This document shows, one piece after another, positions 1-13,345 of a stretch of DNA of 64,000 bases. Within the stretch, counting starts at the first letter, position 1. Every line of letters starts with the position of its first letter. The position numbers and the translations under genes were made by a program. The notes under the pieces are model-generated. The model was not told where the DNA came from, ran no database searches, and worked only from the letters and a program-made list of their open reading frames with translations. Source of the stretch: Naegleria gruberi (Eukaryota); NCBI GenBank assembly GCA_000004985.1, contig GG738865.1; one strand, written 5' to 3'.

Positions 1-1
1 A

Positions 2-85
2 ACTTCATCAGGAAAGACTGCTCCAAAGAAGAGAGAGAAGAAGGAAAAGAAGGAAAAGTCTGAAAAGGCTACTGAAAGCAAGTAA
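2..85 (+). CDS. 3' end of an upstream gene (lysine/glutamate-rich C-terminal tail); partial, 5' end outside window
   Basis: Frame 2 is open from the window edge to TAA at 83-85 (..TSSGKTAPKKREKKEKKEKSEKATESK*). No start codon within the window. Confidence 0.35.
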   Translation, partial: TSSGKTAPKKREKKEKKEKSEKATESK

Positions 86-318
86 ATTGCTATTGGTAAA
101 ATCCATCAATACACACAAAAACAACCCTAGGCAACTGTACAAATTAACTTATATAAACATACAAAATTCTTAAATATTTATTGTTTAATATTTCGCTAAG
201 CTTACAAGTATCGGAAATGTTTTAAAATCATAAAAAATAACTTCACTACTGTTGGAAGCTAATGTGATTGATAACACTTAGTATGAAGTTAATTTCTGAG
301 GAATCATCATTATGTTTA

Positions 319-1263
319 TTACAAATCTTCATTGGAATCAATGAGTCTCTCTTGACCAAAGTTGGCAGTATTTCTCCTCTTGATAGTATCATTACTACTT
401 GTTACTACATCGGAGGAATTGTGAGTAGTTGTCTTTCCAACATAATCATCATAATCTTCATCATCCTTCTCTTGTTTGGTATAGTCATGATGAACAACTT
501 CTGCAGAATGATCATCATGTCCATGAGCATGCCCTGGATGAGCATTCTTTGGAATATGTTGTGCCTTAGCCAAATACAATGAAACACTGTGACCACTATG
601 AAGGAAATGCGAACCTTTGTCTGCTATGATATACATGTGAATAACAACTTCCAAAATTTCCACAACCAATTCCTGTTCCAAAGTAACTTGAGCATGTGCA
701 AATTCTTCTGGTTTCTCCTCTCTCTCAACAACCTCTGAAGCATACTTCTTTCCAATATAAACAATATGAAGAATGGCAGTAAAACAACTATAGATGAAAT
801 AGGTTAAAAAGACAAAAGCTTCAAGCCAGTTGACCCATGTTGTGAGTGGTTTCTTTCTCTTGATAGCAATTAATTCTCTGATATATCTGATTGTGAACAT
901 GAGAATTAACACAGCCATGTAAAAATATGAAATAATTTGGAGTGCCTTTTGTAAATCAATTTCAAATTGTTTTCTTGCACTAGAATTGGTACCGATCAGA
1001 GAGTTTGCTTGTACATAGGTAATTGCAAACATCTATTTCGTTAGTTTGATTTCGAATAAAATATAGCAGGTTACTAATCGTGAAGTAACTTTGCTACATA
1101 CCTTCAAGACTGAGTAAATGTACATCTTGAGTCTTCTATTACCGAAAGTCCACTGATTAAACTTCTTCCACTTTTGTTTGAAACTTTCCCATCCACTTGT
1201 TGGAGCTTTATTATTCGATTGACCATGGATATCATAATAGGGAGTGTGATGATCGTGTGCCAT
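319..1263 (-). CDS. Hypothetical small membrane protein with His-rich acidic C-terminal tail; 2 exons: complement(join(319..1032,1102..1263))
   Basis: ORFs 1033..1263 and 319..1032 are joined by a 69-nt GTATGT...TAG intron (1033..1101) in phase 0. Two predicted TM helices, then HPGHAHGHDDHS..HH tail. Confidence 0.55.
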
Positions 1264-2217
1264 TATGAGTTGTTTCTTTTTATTTTCTTTCTCTCTATTG
1301 TGACTGGTAATTTATCTCATATTATATTGCGTCTTTTAAGTCGCTCACCAAATTTGATAATTCAACTCCACTCTCCGCTCTGGAAAACACTTTTTTGATT
1401 GGATAAAACATTCCAGAACCATTAAATGAAACCTTGCACCAAACGGATAACATTTTTATATGGAAGTGTTACAAACAATCATATCTAGCGAGATTTATTG
1501 TTACATTTTGCAATGTAGATGTCTTTCGCTCAACTCTGATTTCTAAATGCAATATTTAATTTAAAAACTAATTGGGTTTTATTTACTCCAAAAAGATGTC
1601 TCACAAAATTTTGATTTACAAGTGGATTTCGAGATAGATTTTAGCTTTGGTCCTGAGAAATTGATTTACTAAGGTACAACTATAGCTTTGAAAAAACACT
1701 TTTCAAAGGTCTGTATCAAAGATCGTTCTCTTGTACCTTTTTGCTCAGACTTTTCTGGAGACAAGAAAACAATGTAGTTGACTGAATACCAATTTGACCT
1801 ATGAGTTGAAGTGGTCCATTGTTCCAGATAACTCTCACAAAATTCAATTATGTTTCACTTTTTGAATGTACTCAGTTGAGAAGTCTATCAACTCTACCAA
1901 TTTAATGGATTTTAATCAGGTCACGTCTAGTTAAGATTGGGCCTTTTATTTAAGCAATTTGGACCATCGAATACATGTGTGTTACTTCCCAGCAAACACT
2001 TTATTGGGATGCACACAGGTCTGTATCGAGGTTTGTCAAATAATTGCCAAATCCTCTCATCTCCCAATTACAACTGTTGCATAACTTGTTCAACCAATCA
2101 AATAATTGCTTATTTACAAATCTCTTCCATTAGAACAATACTAATCAAAACTAACTCGTCCTATTGCGTAGCACTTGTCACCACGTCTTTGTTGGAAGGA
2201 AATTTTGACAAAAAAAA

Positions 2218-4179
2218 ATGTTCAAACAATTCCCAGCAGATGTACTTCCCCATCTGTTTAGTTTTTTCTCTCTGAGAGAAATCTATTATAATCTCCAATT
2301 TGTTAGCAAGGAATGGCTAGAAATTGCCAACGTACCTAATGAATATAACAAAGTACGAAGAAGAAACAATGTTGGTGGAGGAGACAATAGTGATAATGGT
2401 TATCATCAGTCGTGGTCAATTTATTTGGTTTCGTCATTCAGAAGTGGAAAGCAATTTAAAGAAATTAATCGAATGATGAGTGATTTGGAGAGCGATGCTT
2501 CTGATGAGGAAATTTCAAGGGCCATGTGGGATGATCAACATACACAATTGATCTTTTCATGTATTGAAGGAAAGATGGTGCATGGCTTGCATGCTGGTAA
2601 TCCACTTGTTAAAAAGGATGGTATTGGTGAAATGATCAAATCAATGCAATTCCTCTATGGAGTTCATTATGATAAGGAGCTTGTTAAGAGAATTGTTTCA
2701 GATAGTAACTCAATCAAGTCATGTCTCTATGTAGAGAATGAAGAATTTGCTAAAAACTTTCAAGAAAGAGTGGTTGAAAATGGTAGCGGTTTAAGTGATC
2801 TGAAGGAAAAGTTCTATTTTATGGATTTGTGTTATTTGGACTCCTCTTTGAAAAATGTTAGTGATGAGGTATTCATTTACAAAATATTTGAGAGGGTGTT
2901 TTCTTTGGATTTAGATAACGATTGGTCCAATGTATTTCCCTGTATTCGAAAATGCAAATTATTGAAACAGAAACTAGAAAAATGTAATGGAGAAACTATT
3001 AGAAAAATGTTTCAAATTGAAATGGAGATTGCCTTGAAAATGTTACTCAATATTCTCAAGTGGGGTTACCATCTATCTGATTTGAACTTTCTATACTCCT
3101 TTGCAAGTTATTGTAAATTCACACAAAGCCAATCTGAAGAGATAGTGAAATTGTCTGATTCTCTTATTAATGAAATTAATAGAGTTGTATTGATTGAAGA
3201 AGTGGTACTCACTCCAATCATTGAAGATGACTACATCTCCACCAGCATATTGGATCAGTTCAAGAATAACAAACTTATTGAAATGGTCAACCAAAATAAT
3301 GCACATCCACTCGAAGAAATCGAATATAGAAATCTCTATACTAACACATCTTGCTTTTTAAAATTTCTTCATAGAAAATTTTCAATAGGAGAAATGTTTA
3401 GAACAACAATTAACAAAAGAAAAAAGCTACTAGATGCAGAGAATAGATTGAATGGATATTTCGTTTTTTGCATTGTCAACCAGAGAGACATGGAAAAGAG
3501 AGCAAAATTTTTGGAAAAGATTGAACAGGCATTTATTTATGCAACTGAGCTGAGGGATTTCAGAACTGCTTTCTTTTTCTCGACTCTATTGAATAATGCT
3601 TGTGTTTATAGATTACGTAAAACTCGTGAACACGTGGATAGATCAAGTAATTTCAAAAATCTGTTCGAGGAGAGCCAGAAAACAATTTCTTCAGACGGAA
3701 ATTATAGAAAATTATACCAAACTGTTGAAAAATATGCCAAAGAAGCCAATATTCCAATGTAAGTTTGTAATTTCTGGTTAATTCGATTCAACTCATTATG
3801 GTATATTGATAGCCATCTTCCATTGACAAATTTAACGTTTGTTATTGAAGGAAACTCAAATCAAATTACTATTCTCTTTTTGAGTTACAGATTTATAGCA
3901 CAATTTGGAAGATCATTGAGGATACCATCTAAACTTGGTAACTATGAGAGGAATTTATTCGATAAGAAAACTATTAAAATTATTGACAAGAAGGGAGTTA
4001 AGCATTCAATCAAATCATTTTTTGAAGGAGATGATGATACTTCACACATGCATTATGAACTACAAGCTGATCAACAAGTGTTGGAACTTTTTGTTTTCAT
4101 TGCATTTAATTTCCAACTAAAAGAAGATTCAGAGTTGTACAAAATGAGTTTAGAATGTGAACCAAGACAAGCCAAATAA
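2218..4179 (+). CDS. F-box-like + RasGEF (CDC25-homology) domain protein; join(2218..3758,3813..4179)
   Basis: N-terminal F-box-like motif (FPADVLPHLFSFFSLREIYYNLQFVSKEWLEI). C-terminal RasGEF motifs (LRDFRTAFFFSTLLNNACVYRLRKT; after splicing ..IPIHLPLTNLTFVIEGNSNQI). A 54-nt GTAAGT..TAG intron (3759..3812) restores the frame into ORF 3823..4179. Confidence 0.65.
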
Positions 4180-4242
4180 TAATATAACTTATTCTTGAAT
4201 TTTTGAAAATAATGATTTTAATATAATTGCTAAAGAAAGATT

Positions 4243-4989
4243 TCATCTCAATAAGTCGAATATTTTCTGTATGGATCCAGAATCAAGATAAATAATTGAA
4301 TTGGATCTTCTGATTCTAACTTCATTGGGTGCGAGTGAGCATTCAGATTGTTTACAAATTGACAAGTAGACATTCTTATCTTTTGGAACAATATTATCAT
4401 TCCTCAAACTCAAATCTCCATTCACAACAAAGATATCTGCCTGTGAATTTTGAACTAATTCAAATCTTGCCTTCAGGTAGGTATTTCTTGTCAGTTGCTG
4501 AATGATGGCTGATTTCATTTCATCTTTGAAATCATCTCCAATGAAGAATTTGATTCTTCTTCTTGTTACAAATCTCCAAATAAAGAAACATCCAACAGCA
4601 GCAGTACACAAGAGCACACTCTTTCCAAGAGTGAAATGAGTCTTGAGAATTGAAAGGAGACCAACTGGCGAAAATTGTGTCAAATTGTCAGATGTTGGTT
4701 TCATTGGTATTTCTGAAATTACTGAAATTTCAGGATTTGATTGGACTATTTCCGGTTTTGCGTTTAGAATTTTCTGAATTCTTTCTCCCAAGTTGGCAAC
4801 AACAGTTTTCAAGCTATTGGTTGACTTCTCCACATTGTCAAGTTTTTCCATTAATGTCTCAAGTTGTTCATCAGGGATTGAAACTGTACTTGAGTTTAGT
4901 TGAGGTTTACTTTTGTTGTTGGAGAAGAAAGAGCCGAGAAATGCACCCACTGTAGAAGTAAGCAGTATACCAACAAGCCGTTGATTCAT
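4243..4989 (-). CDS. Hypothetical protein with N-terminal signal/TM segment, coiled-coil region and internal TM
   Basis: 248-aa ATG-initiated ORF. Hydrophobic N-terminus (LVGILLTSTVGAFLG) and an internal hydrophobic helix (SVLLCTAAVGCFFIW). No recognisable domain. Confidence 0.45.
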   Translation of the reverse strand: MNQRLVGILLTSTVGAFLGSFFSNNKSKPQLNSSTVSIPDEQLETLMEKLDNVEKSTNSLKTVVANLGERIQKILNAKPEIVQSNPEISVISEIPMKPTSDNLTQFSPVGLLSILKTHFTLGKSVLLCTAAVGCFFIWRFVTRRRIKFFIGDDFKDEMKSAIIQQLTRNTYLKARFELVQNSQADIFVVNGDLSLRNDNIVPKDKNVYLSICKQSECSLAPNEVRIRRSNSIIYLDSGSIQKIFDLLR

Positions 4990-5243
4990 TTTTTAATTAT
5001 GTGAATACAGATATATTACATCACGTTTAAGATTTATTAATTGTAGAGTTTAATAAAACGTGACATCACGGTTCGAGAATTTTTACATTTTGATTAAATT
5101 GTAAACTGCTACAACTGCCTTGGAGCCCATTGTAGGGTATTGTCATTGTAAACTGAAAACGTGAAATCACGTATTGTAAACAGCTATTTAAAGAATCAGA
5201 ATGATTTGATAATTCAGTAATATTCAACAAAAAAAACAACAAA

Positions 5244-6412
5244 ATGTTCAATATTCCAAATAATATTACTGATATTCGTTCTTTGTTTACCTATGCAATC
5301 GGAACACTTTCTATTGGCTCCATTGTCGCAGCTGCATCCCTTTCTTACAAACACTTTTTTACATGGTCCTTGAATAAGCAAGACAAAAATCCAAATGTTT
5401 GTGTGTTGAGGCTTGCTGGTTTAACTCCAAGAAAGCTGGAGATTGTGGACAGAGAAACACAAGTAACCTTGTATATTGCAAATGAAACCAAGGAGATTAG
5501 AATAGTGGACAATTTTAAGGGCTCTCTCTTTTTCAAAGTGTATGGTAAATCTGACATTCCATATATTCATATATTACCAATTCGGTCTATGTCAATACTA
5601 GAGATAGACTTGGTGTTTCTGATAGTTTACTTGAAAAGATTGATGCCAAAATGGAAAAATTGCAATATTTCTCTATTTTATTCACTGGAGGAAAAGGTTG
5701 TGGAAAGAGTATGATGATTGTTTGCTTTATTATGTTCTTCATTGAAATGGGATATGAACTTAAAGTTTCTGAACACAGATCACCAAAGGAGGCATTTGTT
5801 ACAGCAGGAACTGATGATCATGTCACAACAAAATTTCAAGTTGCCAGATTGGAGAAGAAGATCAATAACAAAACTATTGTATTAGAATTGATTGACTCTC
5901 CAGGAATTGAAAAGAGTTACAAGGGTCAACCTTGGTATGGAGACATGAAGGAAACATTCAAGAAAATAATGGATGGTCAAGTGAGAGCCAACTCTTGTGT
6001 TTTCGAAGAAAGAAGGCATACTCTCAATTCAACTAATCCAGATGAAAACATTCCAAAACCAATGTTAGCACTTGTTTGTTCAAACCAAGCATCAGTTGAA
6101 TCTGGAAATGCCAACGATCCATTATTGAACGTCCTGACGAAACAATTACAAAAGAGGGCCTTCTCTGTTTCTACCAAAATTGACCAATCTATGGAAAAGG
6201 ATGATAAGAAAACAACAGTGTTAAAGTTCAATAATGGAAAATTTGAAGAAGTTTTGAATGATATTCGTTGTGTTGGTGATCAGAATGATTTACAATTCTT
6301 TTCACTTACAAAAGAAACCTATTTCAAATTTAAAGATTGTGATGATATTATCAAGTTGCACACTGCCAGATTCATTCACAGTATTCTTGATATGTATAAC
6401 AAAAATTGCTAA
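5244..6412 (+). CDS. Putative membrane-anchored P-loop GTPase; join(5244..5539,5602..6412)
   Basis: N-terminal TM helix, then G1 (FTGGKGCGKS), G3 (DSPG) and G4-like (TKID) motifs. ORFs 5244..5714 and 5651..6412 are joined by a 62-nt GTATGG..TAG intron (5540..5601; an alternative acceptor lies at 5607). Confidence 0.5.
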
Positions 6413-6554
6413 ATGGGATTCCTTTTTTCAATTTTTAAATATTTTGTAAATTATTTTAAAATTTATTAAACATTTATTGTATTTGTTAAATTTTTGGCGC
6501 CAAAAGTGTTTGAGGTTGTATTACAGTTTTTTAAAAAAAATTAAGAAGAAAAAA

Positions 6555-8092
<1,538 letters not shown>

Positions 8093-8396
8093 AAACATCA
8101 TGTTTAAAAATCTTTACAAAAATGTCCAAGCACTTCTTAACAAGTTGATTCATTACTCTTATCAAGTACTCCACTCCAGTAATTCCTTAATTGTCGGCCA
8201 GCTTAGAGGTTCATTTTCAGTGTGTAGATAACCTCCTTTAGATCTGCAGTAGATCTTTGCTCAATAAGGGCATCAGAAATGAGAGAATAAGGAATAAGGA
8301 TGGACTCCTTTATGGACAATTACGAAAAGATCATCTTTGGTTATTTCACATTGTTAATGTGTTGTTATATGAAATTGTGACAAAATTGTTTTTTAT

Positions 8397-9776
8397 TCAA
8401 GCAATAAGCCCTTGACTTTGCTTCCACTTTTGACCGTGAGAAGCTACTTGTGTTCTTGATCGTGTCTTGACATACTTTTCAGCAATGAGTTTCCAATTGT
8501 TACCACATGCCTCAAGACCTTCGAGGAAACGTTGATGTTCTTCCTCTGTCCACCATCCCTTATGACTACCATTCTTATTCTTGGCAGACAAATCACCCTT
8601 CACACTCGACTTGAGTCTCAGCTTACCAATCTTTTGTTTCGAGTAATTGTTAGCAATGTCAACTTCTTCATCGTCACCTTCAGATTCTTCACTTGGTGTC
8701 GTGGTATTTTGTTTGTTTCCTCTCTTAATACATGCAGAAGCAACCTTCTTGAGCACTTCAACATTTGGACATGTTGTTGATGAGACACTGGCAGTTGTTG
8801 TCGTTATGGTTGGATTCTTCTTCTGGAGCTCTTCCTTACTACTACTTGTCATTGTGGTTTCACTACTAGAAACACCACTCGAATGATGATCGTTGAATTG
8901 ACTAGGGGATGATGAATTACTACTTTTCACATCTGTGCCAATAATTGAGACATTGGAAGAATGGGAAAATCCAGATTCATCCATCAATACATTACTATTT
9001 GGAACGTTTCTAACTGGGCTCAATACAGGTGGTGCTGTAGTTGTAGTGGCTGTAATTGTTTTACAGGCAATTGGCACTGCACATGTCACTATCTGCTGAC
9101 TTGTGGCATGATTAAAAGCAACAATTCTTCCAGTAGTTGGGGAGGTATTCAAAAGTGGGTGTTAAAGTGGTGTTAAAGTTGGTGGTGGACTATTCACATG
9201 ATCCACTACTTTAGAGTTGGTTGTAAAATAATTTGGCTTGTTTACAGTACCTTCCCAAATGGAGTTTTCTCGATATAGTTGTTGAGGTGCTTGATGGGTT
9301 GGATAAACGGAGAATAACGAGGAGTAACGATTGCCAACAACGACATGATGACTCGTAGACGATGATGCAACAACAGGCATTATTGATTGGCTTGTGGTGG
9401 TGGAGTGAGAAAGGGATGGGAGTTGTTGTGGATGATGTTGCATCATCTGTGGTGGTTGTGTTGAAGAATAATTATTATTACATGATGAGGATTGACTGGT
9501 AGTAGGAATGGCTGTACAGGAAATGGTATTAGAGAAGGCATGTGTTGGTCTGGTTAACAAATTAGGATAGTTTGGTGTTGTTGTGGTTGCAGGATATATA
9601 TCTGAAAAGAGTGAAGAAATGGAAGGTAATTGAATAGTGGCAGAACTATTAGTACTGCTGCCACTGTCTTTTGTCAAATGATTCATTGGCTGAATGTATT
9701 GTTGTTGTTGTTGGCTTGCACTCATGAGTGGATTGGTGGTCATAGTATTCATTCTTGTCATGTTATCTGCCATCAT
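8397..9776 (-). CDS. Myb-like (SHAQKYF-class) DNA-binding protein. Two in-frame ORFs (9162..9776 S/T/Q-rich N-terminal part; 8397..9152 Myb part) separated by a single TAA (9162..9164)
   Basis: Myb repeat WTEEEHQRFLEGLEACGNNWKLIAEKYVKTRSRTQVASHGQKWKQ near the C-terminus. The upstream 204-aa ATG-initiated low-complexity ORF is in the same frame, only 3 codons from the TTG-initiated Myb ORF. No GT..AG intron spans the stop. Confidence 0.55.
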
Positions 9777-11314
9777 GATGATTTAATTCGTATGTTCGGT
9801 ATTATCTTTGAAATAATGATATTGCTGCTGCTATTGTGTCAGAGTAACAAAATAGATCGAATATCGAACCTAGTTGTGTGTGTTGTTTTTTTTGTTGTGT
9901 TGCTGAAGATTTAAATGCTTAGTAATCTTGTGTGTGGTTAGCTGTTTGGCGATTTTGGTGCGTTGTTCTTTTGTTGTTCTTTTGACGCAACGCAAAATTG
10001 CTGTCGATTTTTGCATTTTTCACTTTTTGCTTGGAAGAGAATTGTGATAGCTCTTGGTTGGCCATGAGTGAAATGAAAACGCGAGTATTTTGGAGTTTTT
10101 CTGGCCAATCAGAAAAGAGACAGATGATGAGAGGAACTAGCATCGCAACCAAAACATACTTGAGAATGTGATTGAATTGGTCACTAATAAGCATGTTTAA
10201 TTATCCATAGTTTCCATTTGCTGTGGTGACACTACCATGTCACTCAAAGATCTAATATCAGCAAATGGAATGCATCATGTTGCATTGATACATCCTCTTC
10301 TTGAATAAAATCTATCACTATTTCTGTACTGTATAAGAAGATCAATGTCAATGTGAAATAGAGGTTCCCAAAATCAAGTCACACCATCAGTGTCTTTAAG
10401 GAGTTGTGAAATTACAGTGTTTCACACAACACCAACCCACTGAAAAGCATGGTATTACAATTTTCGATAGATAGCTCTATTTTGGGTTGGTACACAAAGC
10501 TTAATCCTTATTGTTGTTTTTACCGTTGATTCTGGGTTGAAAACAGCAAAAATCGCGAATTCCTTCCTAATCGGTAAGTGGATTGTTGAATCTTGCCCTT
10601 GACTACAGTGAATTATTATCTTGGCTATCTTGTAAATATCAACAGCCCATTCCCAACGTCACTGTATCTAACAGACCAGTGAGAATTGGCTCTTTCTGGA
10701 TAATGGTCCAGTAATCAAATCTATTGAGGATGGTCCGTAAATTCCAACAACCATACGGTTGTATCAATGATTTGTGAACAAACAATCTAAGGTTCATATT
10801 GAGTAAAATCACTACAGTCCTATCTGAAATCTTTCTAAATGCAGACTGATATCGTTAATACAATTAATACAATGCAATTTCAAGGGCTCAAGGGTGGTAC
10901 CTCATTGCAGATAAGTGGTTGTGAGGATTACTCAACGAGCACACACACCCTTACTCACTTAGTACTCACTTCATTCAACAATTTGATCATTGTGTTTGTT
11001 GAGCTGATGATAATCTAGTATCCTCTTTTTACGTAATTATTGAAACATAGTTATTCCAACTAAATATTCCACTATTACATTAATAATATTACTCAATATT
11101 ACACCTTACTAGAGGTTTTAACAATGTGAGGTTGGTTAAAAACTGTAAATTACACATGTTAAAAAAACCTAAAATAGATTGATTATCATCACTAGAACGT
11201 ACTGTTAGGAAAATTCGAGATAGTAACCTCTCATTATTGCAAAGTGAATGTTGAATTACCAACGTAACTATAATCAACTATAATAACCATAATTACATGT
11301 TACTATTATTATAA

Positions 11315-12826
11315 TCAGAGTTGATATTCGGAAAATTCAAAACTGAATGGCTCCTTTTCAACAATCATTGAGCCAATTTCATCATTGTCAAGTAATGATT
11401 CGTAACATACTGAAAGACAACAAATACTCTTCAATTTATCCTTAGCACTGTTGAAAAAGATGGATGTGTAATAATTCTTGAAATTTTTCCTCTCGTTTGA
11501 TTTCTTCCACAACCTGACCTTCTTTAATACATGTCTCTCAATGGTATTCTCAATGAGGAGAGGAGATCCCACCATGAGGGAGTGGGAACTAGATGACACA
11601 CATCCATTGTATAAATAGTACAGTACTCTCATGGTGTGAATCAATATGAAATCAATGCTCAATAGATTATACTTGTCCAATTCATAAATCCACCTCGAAA
11701 CGATATGATTCAATACTTTAAAGTTTTTCTTTGGAGTTGGCTCGAGAGGTTGAGGGATTTCAAAATAGTTTGTATTCGATTGTTTGATAAATTTGGGTTG
11801 AATCCACATTGGTTTGAATCTGCCTTCAAATGTTGATATTAAAGACTTGGTTGCTCGTTTCATTCTAATCTTTTTCCAAATATCTGTTATGATTTCTTCC
11901 TCATTGCCACTACTGCCATTACTTCCACTTGATTCTTCTTCATCTTCGCTATCTTGTCTATTTGTATCAATTGTCTTCTTTTTGGCATTTGATAAAAAAT
12001 TCCAATCTTTTCTTTGGTCAACTGGAGAAGAATCAGTACTATTGGGAAAATTTAGTGTTTTTCTTCCTTTTTGAAAAGTTTCTGAATGGATAATCGTCCA
12101 ACAATTATCCTTTCGCTTTGACAATAGTATTGAATCCATTTTCAGTTCGACATCATTCATTGAAAAGAACCAATTTGACATGGTAATTTCACTCCAATCA
12201 CAACAAACTCCCTTCTTTAGTGCACTTCTAAAATCAATTTGTAAAAATTGAGGAATTGGGGCTGAAAATTGGGTTCTTTTCAATCCTCTTATCCAATTAG
12301 GTTCCGTAAAAAAAGACTTTTTATCCACCAACAAGGAACACTTATTAATTGAAAATAGGTAATTTGAAATCATGAGAGTGGCCTGTCTCCTCGTTCTCAG
12401 TTTTGTTTGACTTTTCAAATAAATTTCCAATTGTCTTTGTAAATTTAATTTAAATTCCTCCCTCAATTTAATATCCTCCAATGAGAGGGAATAATTCGGA
12501 TCATCATGAAATCTTTCATTTTGCTCACGATAATTAATTGATTTGTTATAGATAAACACCTGATTGGTGGGCACTAATTCCGAAATATAATTCCAAATAT
12601 TATCAGATAGATAGGGCCACAGAGAGTGAATATCATCCCTATTGATTTTATCATACCATTTATGACAGACAAGACTTGATTGAATTAAAATGGATGGTAG
12701 TGGTAGATAACTCAAAATACTATTGAATAATTCATCAATTTCAAATAAATGGTGCCAAAAGTTTTCCGAAAGGGTCAATTTTGTGGATAAACTTTTTGTC
12801 AAGTTTTTCATTTTTTTTAATTTCAA
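11315..12826 (-). CDS. F-box domain protein (hypothetical)
   Basis: 503-aa ORF with an N-terminal F-box (LFNSILSYLPLPSILIQSSLVCHKWYDKI). The remainder has no recognisable domain. Confidence 0.6.
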   Translation of the reverse strand: MKLKKMKNLTKSLSTKLTLSENFWHHLFEIDELFNSILSYLPLPSILIQSSLVCHKWYDKINRDDIHSLWPYLSDNIWNYISELVPTNQVFIYNKSINYREQNERFHDDPNYSLSLEDIKLREEFKLNLQRQLEIYLKSQTKLRTRRQATLMISNYLFSINKCSLLVDKKSFFTEPNWIRGLKRTQFSAPIPQFLQIDFRSALKKGVCCDWSEITMSNWFFSMNDVELKMDSILLSKRKDNCWTIIHSETFQKGRKTLNFPNSTDSSPVDQRKDWNFLSNAKKKTIDTNRQDSEDEEESSGSNGSSGNEEEIITDIWKKIRMKRATKSLISTFEGRFKPMWIQPKFIKQSNTNYFEIPQPLEPTPKKNFKVLNHIVSRWIYELDKYNLLSIDFILIHTMRVLYYLYNGCVSSSSHSLMVGSPLLIENTIERHVLKKVRLWKKSNERKNFKNYYTSIFFNSAKDKLKSICCLSVCYESLLDNDEIGSMIVEKEPFSFEFSEYQL

Positions 12827-13011
12827 AATTAAAATTGAAAATCAAATATGAAATGTCAATGTTTTAGAAAGGCATAGCATGCTAGTGTCAAAAATAAACC
12901 AGAGTTAGAAATCTGTACGCTGGCTGGGTCAAAAATAGCATTTTTCTATAGTAAAGTTAATTAGGTAGCAATGTTATTTGACATAAATAGTTTTTGAATA
13001 ATAAACAAGAA

Positions 13012-13083
13012 TCCCGTGTGGTCCAATGGCTAAGATACCTGGCTCTCACCCAGGAGATCCGGGTTCAATTCCCGGCACGGGAG
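13012..13083 (+). tRNA. tRNA-Glu (anticodon CTC)
   Basis: 72-nt cloverleaf: acceptor TCCCGTG/CACGGGA, D-arm GTCCAATGGCTAAGAT, anticodon stem CCTGG/CCAGG with loop CTCTCAC (anticodon CTC), T-arm GGGTTCAATTCCCGG. Near-identical to canonical eukaryotic tRNA-Glu. Confidence 0.9.
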
Positions 13084-13089
13084 GATTCA

Positions 13090-13094
13090 TTTTT
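13090..13094 (+). terminator. RNA polymerase III oligo-T terminator for the tRNA-Glu gene
   Basis: TTTTT run 7 nt downstream of the tRNA 3' end. Confidence 0.6.
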
Positions 13095-13345
13095 GCTGGC
13101 CTTCGTTTTTCATTCTCATGCTGCTTTTGCATTATCAATACTGCAATAATATAAATAAAGTCTTTTTTCAAATCATTTTGCAACTACTAGTACTAGTAAG
13201 TTAAATTAGTACTACGCACAAATATTCCAAAATCAAGTCATCTTGACTCATATCAAATATTTCAAATAGTAACAAAAACCGAAATTCATAGACCACATCA
13301 ATTTTCGCTTCCTCCACAAGTAGCACTTTCCACAAGTTCTCAATT

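Noticed and set aside
9919-10194. 91-aa minus-strand ORF with one hydrophobic segment upstream of the Myb gene
   Set aside because: It has no recognisable domain, and I could not find a reliable splice link to the Myb gene. It could be a small real gene or chance. I left it unannotated and covered the area in the ORF-desert finding.
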